Source of the DNA: Chiloscyllium plagiosum
Taxonomy: Eukaryota
Direction: 5' to 3'
NCBI RefSeq assembly: GCF_004010195.1
Contig: NC_057718.1
Coordinates: 12,380,924-12,431,036, forward strand
DNA length: 50,113 nt
The notes beneath the pieces are model-generated. The model made no database searches. It was not told where the DNA came from and saw only the letters and a program-made list of their open reading frames with translations. Positions 24,547 through 36,240 of this stretch are shown one piece after another; within the stretch, counting starts at the first letter, position 1, and each line of letters opens with the position of its first letter. The position numbers were made by a program, and so were the translations under genes.

Positions 24547-24617
24547 TATCTATCTCTAATACCTTGTGGACAAAGGTGTTGCCCACAAGGTATTAGAGGT
24601 AGATAATAGATAAGTCC
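24535..24617. repeat. near-perfect inverted repeat (39-bp arms, 5-nt loop)
   Basis: 24535-24573 versus 24579-24617: 37/39 complementary, loop AGGTG. Confidence 0.92.
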
Positions 24618-24679
24618 CTCTGCTTCTGCACCCCCTGCTTTAGAACCATGATTTGGAATCACAGCTTTTATTTTATATT

Positions 24680-24960
24680 GTCTCTCTTCATTCTTACCCA
24701 AAATGCATCAGTTCACACTCCCTTGCATAAGATTCACCTGTTCCCTTGCTGTGCATTTCATCAGCCACTCTATGCCCTCATGACTGCTATCACCATCCTG
24801 CTCACTGTTCAAAATACTTCCAAGGTTGGTGGCATCTGCAAATGTTGAAATTATGCTGTGAATACCTAAGTCTAGGTCATTAATGTAGATCAGGAAAAGG
24901 AACAACTGTTACACTGATCCCTGGGAAATACCACCTTCCTCCCATCCACCATATACCTCC
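24680..24960 (-). mobile_element. old CR1 RT fragment
   Basis: FLIYINDLDLG...STFADAT (RT catalytic region). Confidence 0.8.
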
Positions 24961-26412
24961 TTCCAGTCTGTTTATTAGTTCGAAGAATCTTGAAGATGGG
25001 TGAAAGAAGATCTGATGGTGAAGAATGGTCCAAATAGGTAATGAAGAGGCTCAGAGTTGGACCAGGATGGGAAGTCAGGGCAGGGTGAGGTTGGAGATGT
25101 TGGATATCCAATGGCAGGAGCGTATGCTCTGAAGAGGCCATGTGATGAAAACTACAGGAATGCCGTCAGCCAGATTTGGCAGCTCTCAAATTAAGTCACT
25201 TGAGTTTTGATGCGAGGCCAATTTCTCCTGTGACTGAAGAATGAAACAGCATGGGGCCTCATGTGTCATTAACTTGTTGCACCCTTGGCAGCCCTGAGAA
25301 GCCAGGTTTCTCCACTTCTTTTTCCCAGCTTAACAAACACCTCACATGAAGGAGGCTTAGTCTCCGTGAGTGGGTTGTTGGCTCCTATTAGCTTGAACAG
25401 CTCATTGCTGTGTTGCAGCTTAATGTTGTAGCTGATAAATAATGCGTGTAAATTAAGGGCATGATAATTAGTCTGTTAATTGACCAGTAATTACCTACAG
25501 CTGTAGTTGCCTTGTCCTGTTTGCAAGTGAACACGCCTGTGATGTGTTCACACCAATTTAGGATGTTTACAAAATGCAAATAGTTCCATGATTCATACAA
25601 TGATTGGTAAAGGAGTTCCTACCGAATTCTCATTTTCATTTTTCTAATTGGCAACGCTTTGATTGTAAGGTCCCAGAATTTTGTCTCCACAACATTATTA
25701 GCATAATACAAACAAAATTTACAGTCTCACTTTACAAAGGACCACATTGACTTTACAGCACAGAAACAGGCCGTGCTGGTGTTTGTGGTCCAGATGGGCC
25801 ATCTCCCAAACCTACGTCATCTCAACTGGTTACACCAAAGGAATGGATTCTATAGAGACCCTCAGGTTGAATGCCGAGCACTGAATGTACATCACGAATA
25901 TGAATAATACTAAAATTGTACTAAGGTACCTTGGAGTGGGACATGTCATATTACGGAGAGTTTAATTCTGTTGCATTTTTTGTCATTTTCTGTTTGTAAT
26001 GATTTGCCTTCAAGCTCCATGACTAACATGGAATATATATGGATAATATTAAGAGTATTACAGTGTGTTGGGGAACCTAAGATATATAGAGAAAAGTTGA
26101 ATATTATTTTTAATGTTTCAGTTCGAGTGATGCTGCCAGACCTGCTGAGCTTTTCCTGAAATTTGTTTTTGTTTCGGATTTCCAGTATCCGCAGTTCTTT
26201 CAGTTTTTATTTTGAATTTTATTCTACTTGCTGTAATTCTCAAGTTTAATGTTTTGTTATGTGCTTTCATAAATCTTATGAATAAAGAGTATTTTTGGGA
26301 AAAATAAACTTGCCCTCAGTTCCTTTCTCTCGTATGTAATTACCCAAATCACACCGAAATACTTTAACATCATATCATCCTGCTATAAGTATTCAAATCA
26401 CTCCTATTTCTG

Positions 26413-26965
26413 GTCAGACTACATTTGAATTATTGTGCGCAGTTTTGGGCCCCATATCTCAGGAAGGATGTACTGGCCTTGGAGCATGTTCAGAGGAGCT
26501 TCACGAAAATGGTCCCAGGAATGAAAAGCTTAACATATAAGGAATATTTGAGGACTCTGGGTCTATACTCGATGGAGTTTAGAAGGATGAGGGAGATCTA
26601 ATTGAAACATATAAAAAACTGAATGGTCTGAACAGAATAGATATTGGGAAGATGTTTCCATTGGTAGGAGAGACTAGGACCCGAGAGCACAGCCTTAGAG
26701 TAAAGGGAAGATCTTTTAGAATGGAGGTAGGGAGAAACTTCTTCAGCCAGAGAGTGGGGAATCAAATTCATTGCCATGGAAGGCTGGGGAGGCCAGATCA
26801 TTGAGTATCTTTAAATCTAAGATAGATAGGTTCTTGATATCAAGGAGATCAAGGGTGTGGGAAGAAAGCAGGAGAATGGGGTTGAGAAACTTAACAGCCA
26901 TGATTCTATGGTGGAGCAGACTTGATTGGCTGAATGGCTTAATTTATGTTCCTTATGGTCTCATA
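26413..26965 (+). mobile_element. CR1 LINE 3' fragment
   Basis: LVRLHLNYCAQFWAPYLRKD and CR1 3' UTR. Confidence 0.88.
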
Positions 26966-29444
26966 CTTATTCACCTTAACAATTTCTCATGGAGGTGACT
27001 TCTAATCACTCCCTGGATAAAGTAACTTTTCTTGCATTCCTAATTGCATTTATTATTAAATGGCTTCTTATCCTATTGTTCTGGCCTCTAATTTTACACT
27101 CCCTTATTAGCAGAAAGATTCCAATTACCAATATCTTACCAAAATCTTTCATAATCTTAAAAAAAACTATTTTTCAACCTTCTCTTGTTTGAGCTAGTAA
27201 TAACATTGCGCTCTCAGTATTCAAGCCAGAACATGATAGTAGAACTTCGTCATCTCTTAGACGATCCCTCATTTGTCTCTTTAGCTTTCAAACCCACCCT
27301 GTAGTAGAATAACGCAGATAGCAATTTAACACAAATGCTTTAACTAGTTCACAAAGAAAAAGCCAGAAGTGAATAACCCCCTTCCCCTTCTCCCTCTACC
27401 CCTGGTGAAACTGAAGAATCCCATAAATAAAAAGAATGTTAATCCAAGGAATCCCTTACCTGTGCTGCTTTTATCAGTTTTTTTCCCAAGTATTTAGAAG
27501 TTATATTTAACATCAATCTTTGAAGAATAAACAAGTGATACAAAAACCACCCATCCCCAGGGCCTTGGGATTAAGCCAGGGGTTATCAAAGGAAGAAAAC
27601 ATAAAATCTTCCTCCTTGTGCATTGAACATTGTGATCCTCTCTGGCAAACAGTCACATTCATTCCAAATGACTCTCAAATCAAACTGCTGGTTTTTGCAG
27701 GTGGAAGCATCAGTGATTTTGCTGCTTGTGTCCCACTTCATACCAATTCTCATTCTCCCTCACCCTGGCCCTCGCTGATCTACACTAGTTCCTGGCTAAG
27801 CAATCCACTGAAGTTAAGCTTCTCAACCCCGTGTTCAAATCCCTCCATGATTTGCCCCTTCCTTATCTCTGCCATCTTGTCCAGCCCCACAGCCCTTTGA
27901 AATACTTCTTCAATGGCAACGGCACCCAAGCCATCACTTACCCAACTTTAAGCTCTGGAGTTCTTTCCCGAAACTTCTCTGCCTCTTTGTCCCTCCTTCC
28001 TCCTTTGAGATAGTTCTTAAAAACTACCACTTTGACCAGGTGTTTGGGTCACCCTTTAGAAAATTCTTTCATGCAGCTCTATGTCCAGTGCTGTTTGGTA
28101 ATCACTCCTGAAAAGACATCCTTGGTTGTTTTTACAATGTTAAGCATATTACATAAATGCAAATTATTGTTTTCACAAAGTCAAAGGCACTACATAAATG
28201 CACGTTGTTGTTTTTGCTTGGGCTGAAAGCTTCAGAGAAATAGTGTTTGCCAAATGAAAACGCCTCAAAATGGGACCCTAATGTGAATGTACTTTTTTTT
28301 TCTTTTTGGTTTATGAAATTAAAGCTCATGCCAAACAAAAAATAACTTTAAATCTTTAGTGGCTGTACAAGAAAATTACTATTGGACCATTCTGAAAGAA
28401 CTGCAAATTGAGAGAGAGAGAGAGGGGGGAGAGTGCACAGCAGCTGCCCGTAGTGGTCTGGCACTGAATACTGTCCACCTTTTCTCCCAAGGTCACACGT
28501 ACTGTTTGTCCAGAGCCCCCACAGGCTTTTCACACTCCCTTTTATATTTCTGTTTCTCTCTCTCTCTCCGAATAAAAGCCATAATCAAGCTGGAGGGCAA
28601 TTGAGGCCATAATACTCTCTCCTGCACCTGCTAGCTAGGAGGACACCTGCCAAAACTACGGCTTAAAAAGTCTTATTGCAGCTACTGGCAAGCAAATCTC
28701 ATTTCTAATTCACCACTGCAGCTCTCTGGAGCAGTCGACAATGTTGTTAAGAAAATTTCTCTCATTTTCTCTCTCTCGCTTCTGGAGATAACGAGGCGGA
28801 TCAATGAAATACAATATTGAAATCGCAGAATACTGACTGTCAGGAGCTCGAGAGAGGACACGTTATCTTTGCTATTTAGGTTTCCAGGGTAATTGTGGTG
28901 AAAGGACTGAAATAAACAGAGACTTGAATGGTGTGCAATCAAAAGGGAGCATCGTGTTTGTCTTTGAAAACCCATGTGGATTTAACTTTTTAACTAAGTA
29001 TTTAAATTTGGCTTAAATAGTTACCTAACACGCAAGATGCAGTCATGTGGCTATGCGAGTGAATTGTGTTGAACCATAACGAATTACGTTCAGCAACATG
29101 GTATTCTGGGTAGCCATTCGGCCCTGACTATGTCTGCTGGTTACTAATGTGCTTAATCTCAATCCAATCAAATCACCAGCATCGGTGTACATTTATATAG
29201 CAAAACAGAGTGAAACATGGTGCAAAATGTAAGGGTGCATTGTCAGGCAAAATCTGACTATGAGCCATATAAGGAGATGTTTAGACAATAGTGTCAGGTT
29301 TTATGAATGTCATAGAGAGATGGGAGAGGCTTGAAGATGAGATTCCGCAGCTAGAGCTAAGGCAACAGAAAACATAGTCACAATGGCAAATGAAAATTGC
29401 AACAGGCAGCGTTTTTTCCCAAAAACTTTATGCACAAGATCTGG

Positions 29445-29685
29445 TAAGGTTAGTGTTTATTGCTCATGCTGAATTGAGAAGTTGGTGGTGAGCCATTTTC
29501 TTGAACCACCGCAATCCATGTGCTGTGGGTATACTCCCAATGCTGTTAAGGAGGGAGTTCCAGGATCTTAACCCAGTGACACTGAAGGAACGGCAATATA
29601 TTTCCATGTCAGGATGGAGGGGAACTTGGAGGTGTATCTGCCGCTCTTATTCTTTCAGGTGGCAGACATCACGGATTTGGAAGAA
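29445..29685 (-). mobile_element. 3' end of the same LINE family as 2730-3235
   Basis: Reverse complement matches the CCTGGAACTCCCT...TTCAAGAA..GGCTCA region. Confidence 0.7.
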
Positions 29686-30124
29686 TTGGAGGACAGTAGC
29701 AATCGTGGGGCTGGAGGATGTTACAACCAGAAGGCCATTGGAAGCGAATGTGGGTCAGTGAATCTGAGTGTGCTTAAGTTTCTCATGAAGTTGGGACCCC
29801 CTAAAAGACTAATTCCACTTCCTCTTCCTACAGATCAGAACCCTGCAGATTTTTCATTCAAGTCAGTGATTGTAGAACAATATAGCCCAGAAAGCAGGGC
29901 TGACAACTCCCCAGGAGGGAAGCAACAATCTCCCAGACTTTTGCTGGATGTGGCCCCAGAAGAAAAATCATAAAGGCATGGACAAAATGATGGGACAAAA
30001 ATGGTCTCTCCTGTTTTGTGGACACCAATGCCACACCTTGTGATGGCACCACCTGTTTTATGTGATTGTGGCATTGTTCTGAATGGGGCACCCACCATTG
30101 GTGTAAGAGTGCTTAGCAGAGAGC

Positions 30125-31142
30125 AGTCATAGAGATGTACAAAATGGAAACAGACCCTTCAATCCAACTCATCCATGCCAACCAGATATCCTAATCTAAT
30201 CTAGTCCCATTTGCCAACACTTGGCCCATATCCTTTGGAACCCTTCCTATTGATACACTCATTCAGATACCTTATAAATGCTGTAATATCACCAGCCTCC
30301 ATCACTTCCTCTGGCAGCTCATTCCATACACACACCACCCTCTGTGTGAAAAGGTTGCCCCTTAGCTCCCTTTTATGTCTTTCCCCTCTCACCCTAAATC
30401 TATTCCCTCTAGTTCTGGACTCCCCCACCCCAGGAGTGTCTCTTTATCCTATCCATGCCCCTCATGAATTTATAAACCTCTATGAGGTCACCCCTCAACC
30501 ACCAACGTTCCAGGAGAAACAGCCACAGCCTATTCAGCCGCTCCCTTTAGTTCAAACGCTCAAACCCTGGCAAGATTCTAGTAAATCTTTTCTGAACCTT
30601 TTCAAGTTTCACAATATCCTTCCGATAGGAGGGAGACCAGAATTGCACGCAATATTCCAAAAGTGGCCAAACCAACGTCCTGTACAGCTGTGACCTCCCA
30701 ACTCCTATACTCAATGCTTTGACCAATAAAGGAAAGCATACCAAATGCCTTCTTCAATATCCTGTGACTCCACTTTCAAGAAGCTATGAACCAGCACTTA
30801 AAGGTCACTTTGTTCAGCAACACTCCTCAGGACATTACCATTAAGTGTATAAGTCCTGATCTGATTTGCTTTTCCAAAATGCAGCACCTCACATTTATCT
30901 AAATTAAACTCCATCTGCCACACCTCAGCCCATTGGCCCTTCTGATCAAGATCCTGTTGTACTCTGAGGTACACTATACCATCAATTTTGGTGTCATCTG
31001 CAAACTTACTAACTATACCTCCTACGTTCACATCCAAATCATTTATATAAATGATGAAAAGCAGTGGACTCAACATCGATTTTTGTGACACACCAATGGT
31101 CACAGGCCTCCAGTCTGAAAAGCAACCCCCTCACCACCATCC
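30125..31142 (-). mobile_element. CR1/HER1 LINE 3' part
   Basis: IYINDLD, SKFADDTK, LEYCVQFWSP and FFTQRV-like/WNELP motifs. Confidence 0.93.
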
Positions 31143-31440
31143 ATTCAAAACTAAGGGACATAATCTTAAGATGAGAGGAGAAAGATTTAAAATGGACATG
31201 AGGGGCAACTTTTTCACACAGAGGGTGATTCATATGTGAAAGGAACTTTCAGAGGAAGTGGTAGATGTAGGTACAGTTACAACACTTAAAAGACATTTGC
31301 TCAGGTACATGAATCGGAAAGGTTGAGAGGGATATAGGCCAAATGCAGGCAAATTGGACTAATTTAGTTTGGGAAGCATGGTCGGCTTGGATGAGTTGGA
31401 TTGAAGGTTCTGTTTCTGTGCTGTATGATTCTATAACTCT
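31143..31440 (+). mobile_element. CR1/HER1 LINE 3' end
   Basis: KTKGHNLK...RGNFFTQRV, 3' UTR and tail. Confidence 0.88.
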
Positions 31441-31715
31441 ACAACTGTTGGGCGATAAGCATCTGCATCCCCTTGGCCTTATGGAAGAGATTGCTTCTCT
31501 GATTCACAAGGCTGGTCAGAAAGAGCTTGTGACAGCAAGTGTTGCAGAGAATAATGAGGAAAGCCTCCTTATGCTCTCTCTCAACTTGTGACCAGTTATC
31601 ATCTTGATATCACAAATGGGAGAAAGTGACGACTGCAGATGCTGGAGACCAGAGTTGAAAAAGTGTGGTGCTGGAAAAACGCAGCAGGCCAGGCAGAATC
31701 TGAGGAGCAGGAGAA

Positions 31716-31747
31716 TCGACGTTTCGGGCATAAGCCCCTCTTCAGGA
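31716..31747 (-). ncRNA. minimal type-I hammerhead ribozyme motif
   Basis: Minus strand: TC-CTGAAGA-G-GGGC-TTAT-GCCC-GAAA-C-GTC-GA. Confidence 0.78.
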
Positions 31748-32039
31748 ATGAGGCTGGTGTGCCAGGCGGGCTGAGGTAAAAGGTAGGGGGGAGGGAATTT
31801 TGGGGAGAGGCGCTGGGAATACGATAGGTGGAAGCGCCCCCACCCCATCTCCGGCCTATCACCCTCACCCTCACCTCCTTAGAACATAGAAGAATACAGT
31901 GCAGTACAGGGCATTTGGCCCTCGATGTTGCGCCGATCCAAGCCCACCTAACCTTCCACCTATCGTATTCCCAGCGCCTCTCCCCCAAATTCCCTCCCCC
32001 CTACCTTTTATCTCAGCCCGCTTGGCACACCAGCCTCAT

Positions 32040-32071
32040 TCCTGAAGAAGGGCTTATGCCTGAAACGTCGA
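32040..32071 (+). ncRNA. minimal type-I hammerhead ribozyme motif; predicted cleavage after 32069
   Basis: TC-CTGAAGA-A-GGGC-TTAT-GCCT-GAAA-C-GTC-GA. Confidence 0.78.
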
Positions 32072-33307
32072 TTCTCCTGCTCCTCGGATGCTGCCTGGCC
32101 TGCTGCGCTTTTCCAGCACCACACTTTTTCAACTCTGATATCACAAATGGTCAATATTCTGCAGAATGTGTATTTGTGACCTAGAGGCAAGGTGCTAGAG
32201 GCAGAAACCATGATATTTAAGAAGTATTTAGGAATACACTTGCAATACAAAGCCAAGTACAGGAAAATGGGATTAGAATAGGTGCCATTTTTCACTGTTG
32301 CAGATACAATGGGCCTTTTTTCTGTGCTGCTGACCTCTATGACTGTTTGACCTATGCTTTCCACCCCACCAGCTTCCCCCTTTTTGGTTTTCAGTTTTCA
32401 GACACTCAAGTACTGCCCCAGCCAGAAACAGCAGTACCAGAAGGAGTGACAGCACGACCCTAGCACTGACGAGAAAGGCCCCGTTGTTTGATGTGATAGT
32501 CACAAGCCTGGCTAGATACCAGTCTAGATGCTAACACATTCATCGGAGGCTGATAGTGAGTTGGGATCTACTCGTGGTGAGTTACTAGGCACCAGCGCCC
32601 TGCACCCTGGCCAGTGGAAAATATGGATTGGCTGTGTGCTCACTCACTGGAGGGCAAGGTGGCCAATGCATTCTGCTCGAGGGGACAGTGACAAGGATCT
32701 CAATGGAGTTCCATGCAGGTGAACACTGAGGAGGGGGCACACCGAGATACTGGGAGCAGTTGCAGTCCTGTGACTGTCTGGCTCCAATTTGGCAGAGATC
32801 ATCTGGCAGAGCCTATGCCCCTCCTCAGCCCCCTGTGCCCTGCGGTCTGTGTGTGGGTAAGCCCCCCCATCACCTGTGAGTATGCAGGTAATACTCCCTG
32901 CTGAATCTGACCTTTCACCCATCTGTAAAAGTAACCCGCTGTATTGCTAGGCTGTGCAACAACGGGAGTCATTTGAAGCTATGTTATTTGCAAATTGGGC
33001 ACATTGCTGCTAAATAATGCCGGGTGTCCTTTGGCAGGTGACATAAGCTTGGTAAGTGACCAGCACTCACCTCATACGGACCCGTCTGATCCAAACTTTA
33101 GTAAATGCAGTGTCTGCTCAGATGGCAAGGCAACACGTTTGCACCAGTTGGGATGCTCCTGGCAGGCAATGGGTACAGCTGGCACTGATGGAAGAGTGTC
33201 ATCCAGACAATTGCACTTCCCGTGCTGATGGGTGAGCTGTGCCCGAAACAGCTGCAGGCACAGCCTTCCCCATTGAGAGTGCCTCTGGCTAAAACAACCT
33301 CTAACAG

Positions 33308-33980
33308 AGCATGGAGTATAGGAATTGGGAGATCATGTTGCGGCTGTACAGGACATTGGTTAGGCCATTTTTGGAATACTGTGTGCAATTCTGGTCTCCC
33401 TTCTATAGTAAGGAATTTATGAAACTTCAAAAAAGATTTACAAGGATGTTGCTAGGGTTGAAAAATGTGTTGCTGGAAAAGCGCAGCAGGTCAGGCAGCA
33501 TTGAAGGAGCAGGAGAATCGATGTTTCGGGCATAAGTTGCTAGGGTTGAAAGGTTTGAGCTACAGGGAGAGGTTGAATAGGCTGGGGCTGTTTCCCTTGG
33601 AGCACGGAGGCTGAGAGGTGACCTTATAGAGGTTTATAAACTCATGAGGGGAGTTGATAGGGTAAATAGACAAGGTCTTTTCCCCAGAGTGGGGGAGTCC
33701 AAAGCTAGAGGGCAGAGGTTTAAAGTGAGAGGGGAAAGATTAAAAGGGGCGTAAGGGACAATTTATTTTCACGCAGAGAGTGTTGAGTGTATGAAATGAG
33801 CTGCCAGAGTAAGTGGTGAAAGCCGGTCCACATTTAAAAGGCATTTGGATGGATATATGAATAGGAAGGGTTTAGAGGGATATGGGCCAAGGGCTGGCAA
33901 ATGGGATTTAGGATATCTAGTCAGCATGGACGAGTTGGACTGAAGGGTCTGTGCTGTACATCCCTAAGACTCTGTGACTC
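33308..33980 (+). mobile_element. CR1/HER1 LINE 3' fragment interrupted by a mini-PLE
   Basis: EYRNWEIMLRLYRTLVRPFLEYCVQFWSP; 3' UTR and tail. Confidence 0.92.
33464..33535 (-). mobile_element. 72-bp mini-PLE; 16-bp TSD
   Basis: TSD GTTGCTAGGGTTGAAA at 33448-33463 and 33536-33551. Confidence 0.9.
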
Positions 33981-34554
33981 CATCAAGGAAAGAAACATCT
34001 TTTCCTTGTTCTTACTCATTGATATATTATCCATCTGATCAAAAATGTCCACGATGTTTTTAAAACCCTATTAAAAGTCCTCAGCCTTTTTCTTATACCA
34101 TACCAGTATGCCTGGCATCTCAAATATCTCTTTACAATTATAGTTTTGTAACTCTGGTACCTGCCCTGTCACTTTGAGAGGCCTGTTCACTTTAATTCAT
34201 ACCCATTGGGTCACAAGTTCAAATCATAGTCTTGGGTGGTTGTCATTTGATCAGTGCTGCTCTGCTAAGACCCAGTCTCACACATACACAGCCTGGCTGC
34301 AACAGGAATAGTGTTAACATTCTGCAAACATACAGAACATCCAAAAATCAATGAGAGAGAGCGAGAACACAGAGAACTAAATAAACAGCAACAGTACTGC
34401 CATTGGTTAGTGATCATACCTTCTGTGCTTTAGGTTCCTCAGTTCCCCAACTGACAGACAACTCTTCCAAGATCTCTGCAATTCTCCAACGCTGTCCTCA
34501 TACTTTGCCTCTGGCCTCATTCCACCATCTCCAGGCTGTTATCTGGAATGGACA

Positions 34555-34985
34555 GGTTGTTTATGGTGAAAGGTTGGACAGATTAGGCCTGTACATGCTG
34601 GAGTTTAGAGGAGACTAAGAGGCATCTTGATTGAAACGTGTAAGTTCTTGAGAGGTCTAGAAAGGATGGATGGGTTCCCTCTTAGGGGGAGAGTCTAAAG
34701 GTAAGGAGTCACTGATTAAAAATCAGGGGTCAGCCATTTAAATCAGAGATAAGATGAAATTGTTGTCTCACAGACCATCTTTGGAACTCTCCACCTGAAA
34801 AGGTTGCAGAATCAGAGATTTTTAAAGCAGGTTCTTGTTGAACAAGGGGGTGAAAGGTGACAGGGGACAGACTGGAATGTGGATTCGAGGTTACATTCAG
34901 AATAACCATTATCTTACTGAATGGCAGAGCTGTCTTGATGAGCTGAATGGGCTACTCCTGCTCCTCAGCCATGTGATCCTAAGAT
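34555..34985 (+). mobile_element. old CR1 3' fragment
   Basis: YGERLDRLGLYMLEFR and CR1-like 3' UTR. Confidence 0.75.
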
Positions 34986-35045
34986 CGAGAATTCTTTCTC
35001 TAAACCTCTTCCCCTTTCCTGACACTTGGAAGAATAGGTAAGTAA

Positions 35046-35396
35046 TGTGGTGTTGGAAAAGTACAGCAGGTCAGGCAGCATCCAAGGAGCAGGAGAATCA
35101 GCTTTCAGGCATAGGCCCTTCATCAGGAATGGCAAAAGTGGGTACTGCAGATGCTGGAAATTAGAGTCGAGATTAGAGTGGTGCTGGAAAAGCACAGCAG
35201 GTCAGGCAGCATCCGAGGAACAGGAAAATCGATGTTTCGGGCAAAAGCCCTTCATCAGGACTTTTGAAGGCTGATAAAGGGCTTTTGCCCGAAATGTCGA
35301 TTTTCCTGCTCCTCGGATGCTGCCTGACCTGCTGTGCTTTTCCAGCACCACACTGTCGGCTCTGATCTCCAGCACCTGCAGTCCTCACTTACTCCT
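35046..35396. mobile_element. cluster of three PLE terminal modules (two tandem minus, one inverted plus), each with a hammerhead motif
   Basis: Minus-strand cores at 35098-35128 and 35229-35260; plus-strand core at 35271-35300. Confidence 0.9.
35229..35260 (-). ncRNA. minimal type-I hammerhead ribozyme motif
   Basis: Minus strand: TC-CTGATGA-A-GGGC-TTTT-GCCC-GAAA-C-ATC-GA (ATC is probably CpG decay of GTC). Confidence 0.7.
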
Positions 35397-35719
35397 TGAA
35401 ATTTCCCTGGCTGACCAAGTTTTTTATTGCCTGGGTAAATTTCTCCTTCTGCCACTCAGTGTTCAGTTTTATCTGATTATCCTCATGAGAAGAGTTTTGG
35501 GAAGTATTGCTACATTACAAATGCTACATAAATGCTACTTCTTATTGTTGTGAGAATGGGAAACAGCAGTGGTGAGCTAAACAGGAAACAATCTAAGTCA
35601 ATGAAGGCTTTGAACAGACAAAAGAGGATGCTATTTAAAGCAACTTGTGGTTATATTTTAAACAAGCTACACTTACAGTAGCTTTTAATTATGCCTTGAT
35701 TTTAGCTATGCTTGTGTTA

Positions 35720-36240
35720 CCTTCTATGTTCTGATCTGCTATAGGAAGGATATTATTAAATTGGAGAGGGTTCAAAAGGACTCACCACAATTTTGCCAGG
35801 ACTGGAGGGTTTGAATTATAAGGAGAGGCCGGGACACTTTTCACTGGAGCATGGGAGATTGAGGAGTGACTTTATAGAGTATAAAATCATGAGGGGCAAA
35901 GATAAGGTGAATAGCAAAAGTCTTTTTCCCTAGGGTGGGGGAGTTCAAAACTAAGGGGGATTTTTTTTAAGGTTAGAGGAGCAAGATTTAAAAGGGACTT
36001 TAGGGGCAAATTTTTCACACAGAGGGTGGTTCGTATGTGGAATGAACTGCCTGAGGAAGTGGTAGATGCAGGTACGGTTGCAACATTTATAAGACATTTG
36101 GACAGGTACAGGAATCAGAAAGGTTGAGAGGGAAATGGGCCAAATGCAGGAAAATGGAACTAGTTTAGTTTGGGAAACGTGGTTGGGCATGGATGAGTTG
36201 GACCAAAGGGTCTGTTTGCATGCTGAATGATTCTATATCT
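35720..36240 (+). mobile_element. CR1/HER1 LINE 3' fragment
   Basis: YRKDIIKLERVQK, FFTQRVVRMWNELP and 3' UTR. Confidence 0.88.

Larger units (their letters stand above)
31620..32135. mobile_element. fold-back (inverted pseudo-LTR) PLE insertion with a hammerhead in each arm; 15-bp perfect TSD
   Basis: TSD TGATATCACAAATGG at 31605-31619 and 32136-32150. Arms 31652-31834 and 31953-32135, an unpaired tail of about 32 bp at 31620-31651, and a CR1 tail fragment in the spacer (about 31880-31951). Confidence 0.93.

Noticed and set aside
27461..27518. Minus-strand donor CAG|GTAAGG with a possible 58-nt exon
   Set aside because: Too short and unrecognisable; expected by chance in 50 kb.
30125..31440. 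Head-to-head CR1 pieces as a twin-priming inversion
   Set aside because: Both pieces have their own 3' tail, the shared region is clearly diverged and no TSD was seen, so they are independent insertions.
32340..33300. GC-richer block with several short ORFs (also 45750-46760 and 47240-47700), perhaps decayed PIF/Harbinger sequence
   Set aside because: No DDE or Myb motif and no paired TIRs could be read with confidence.
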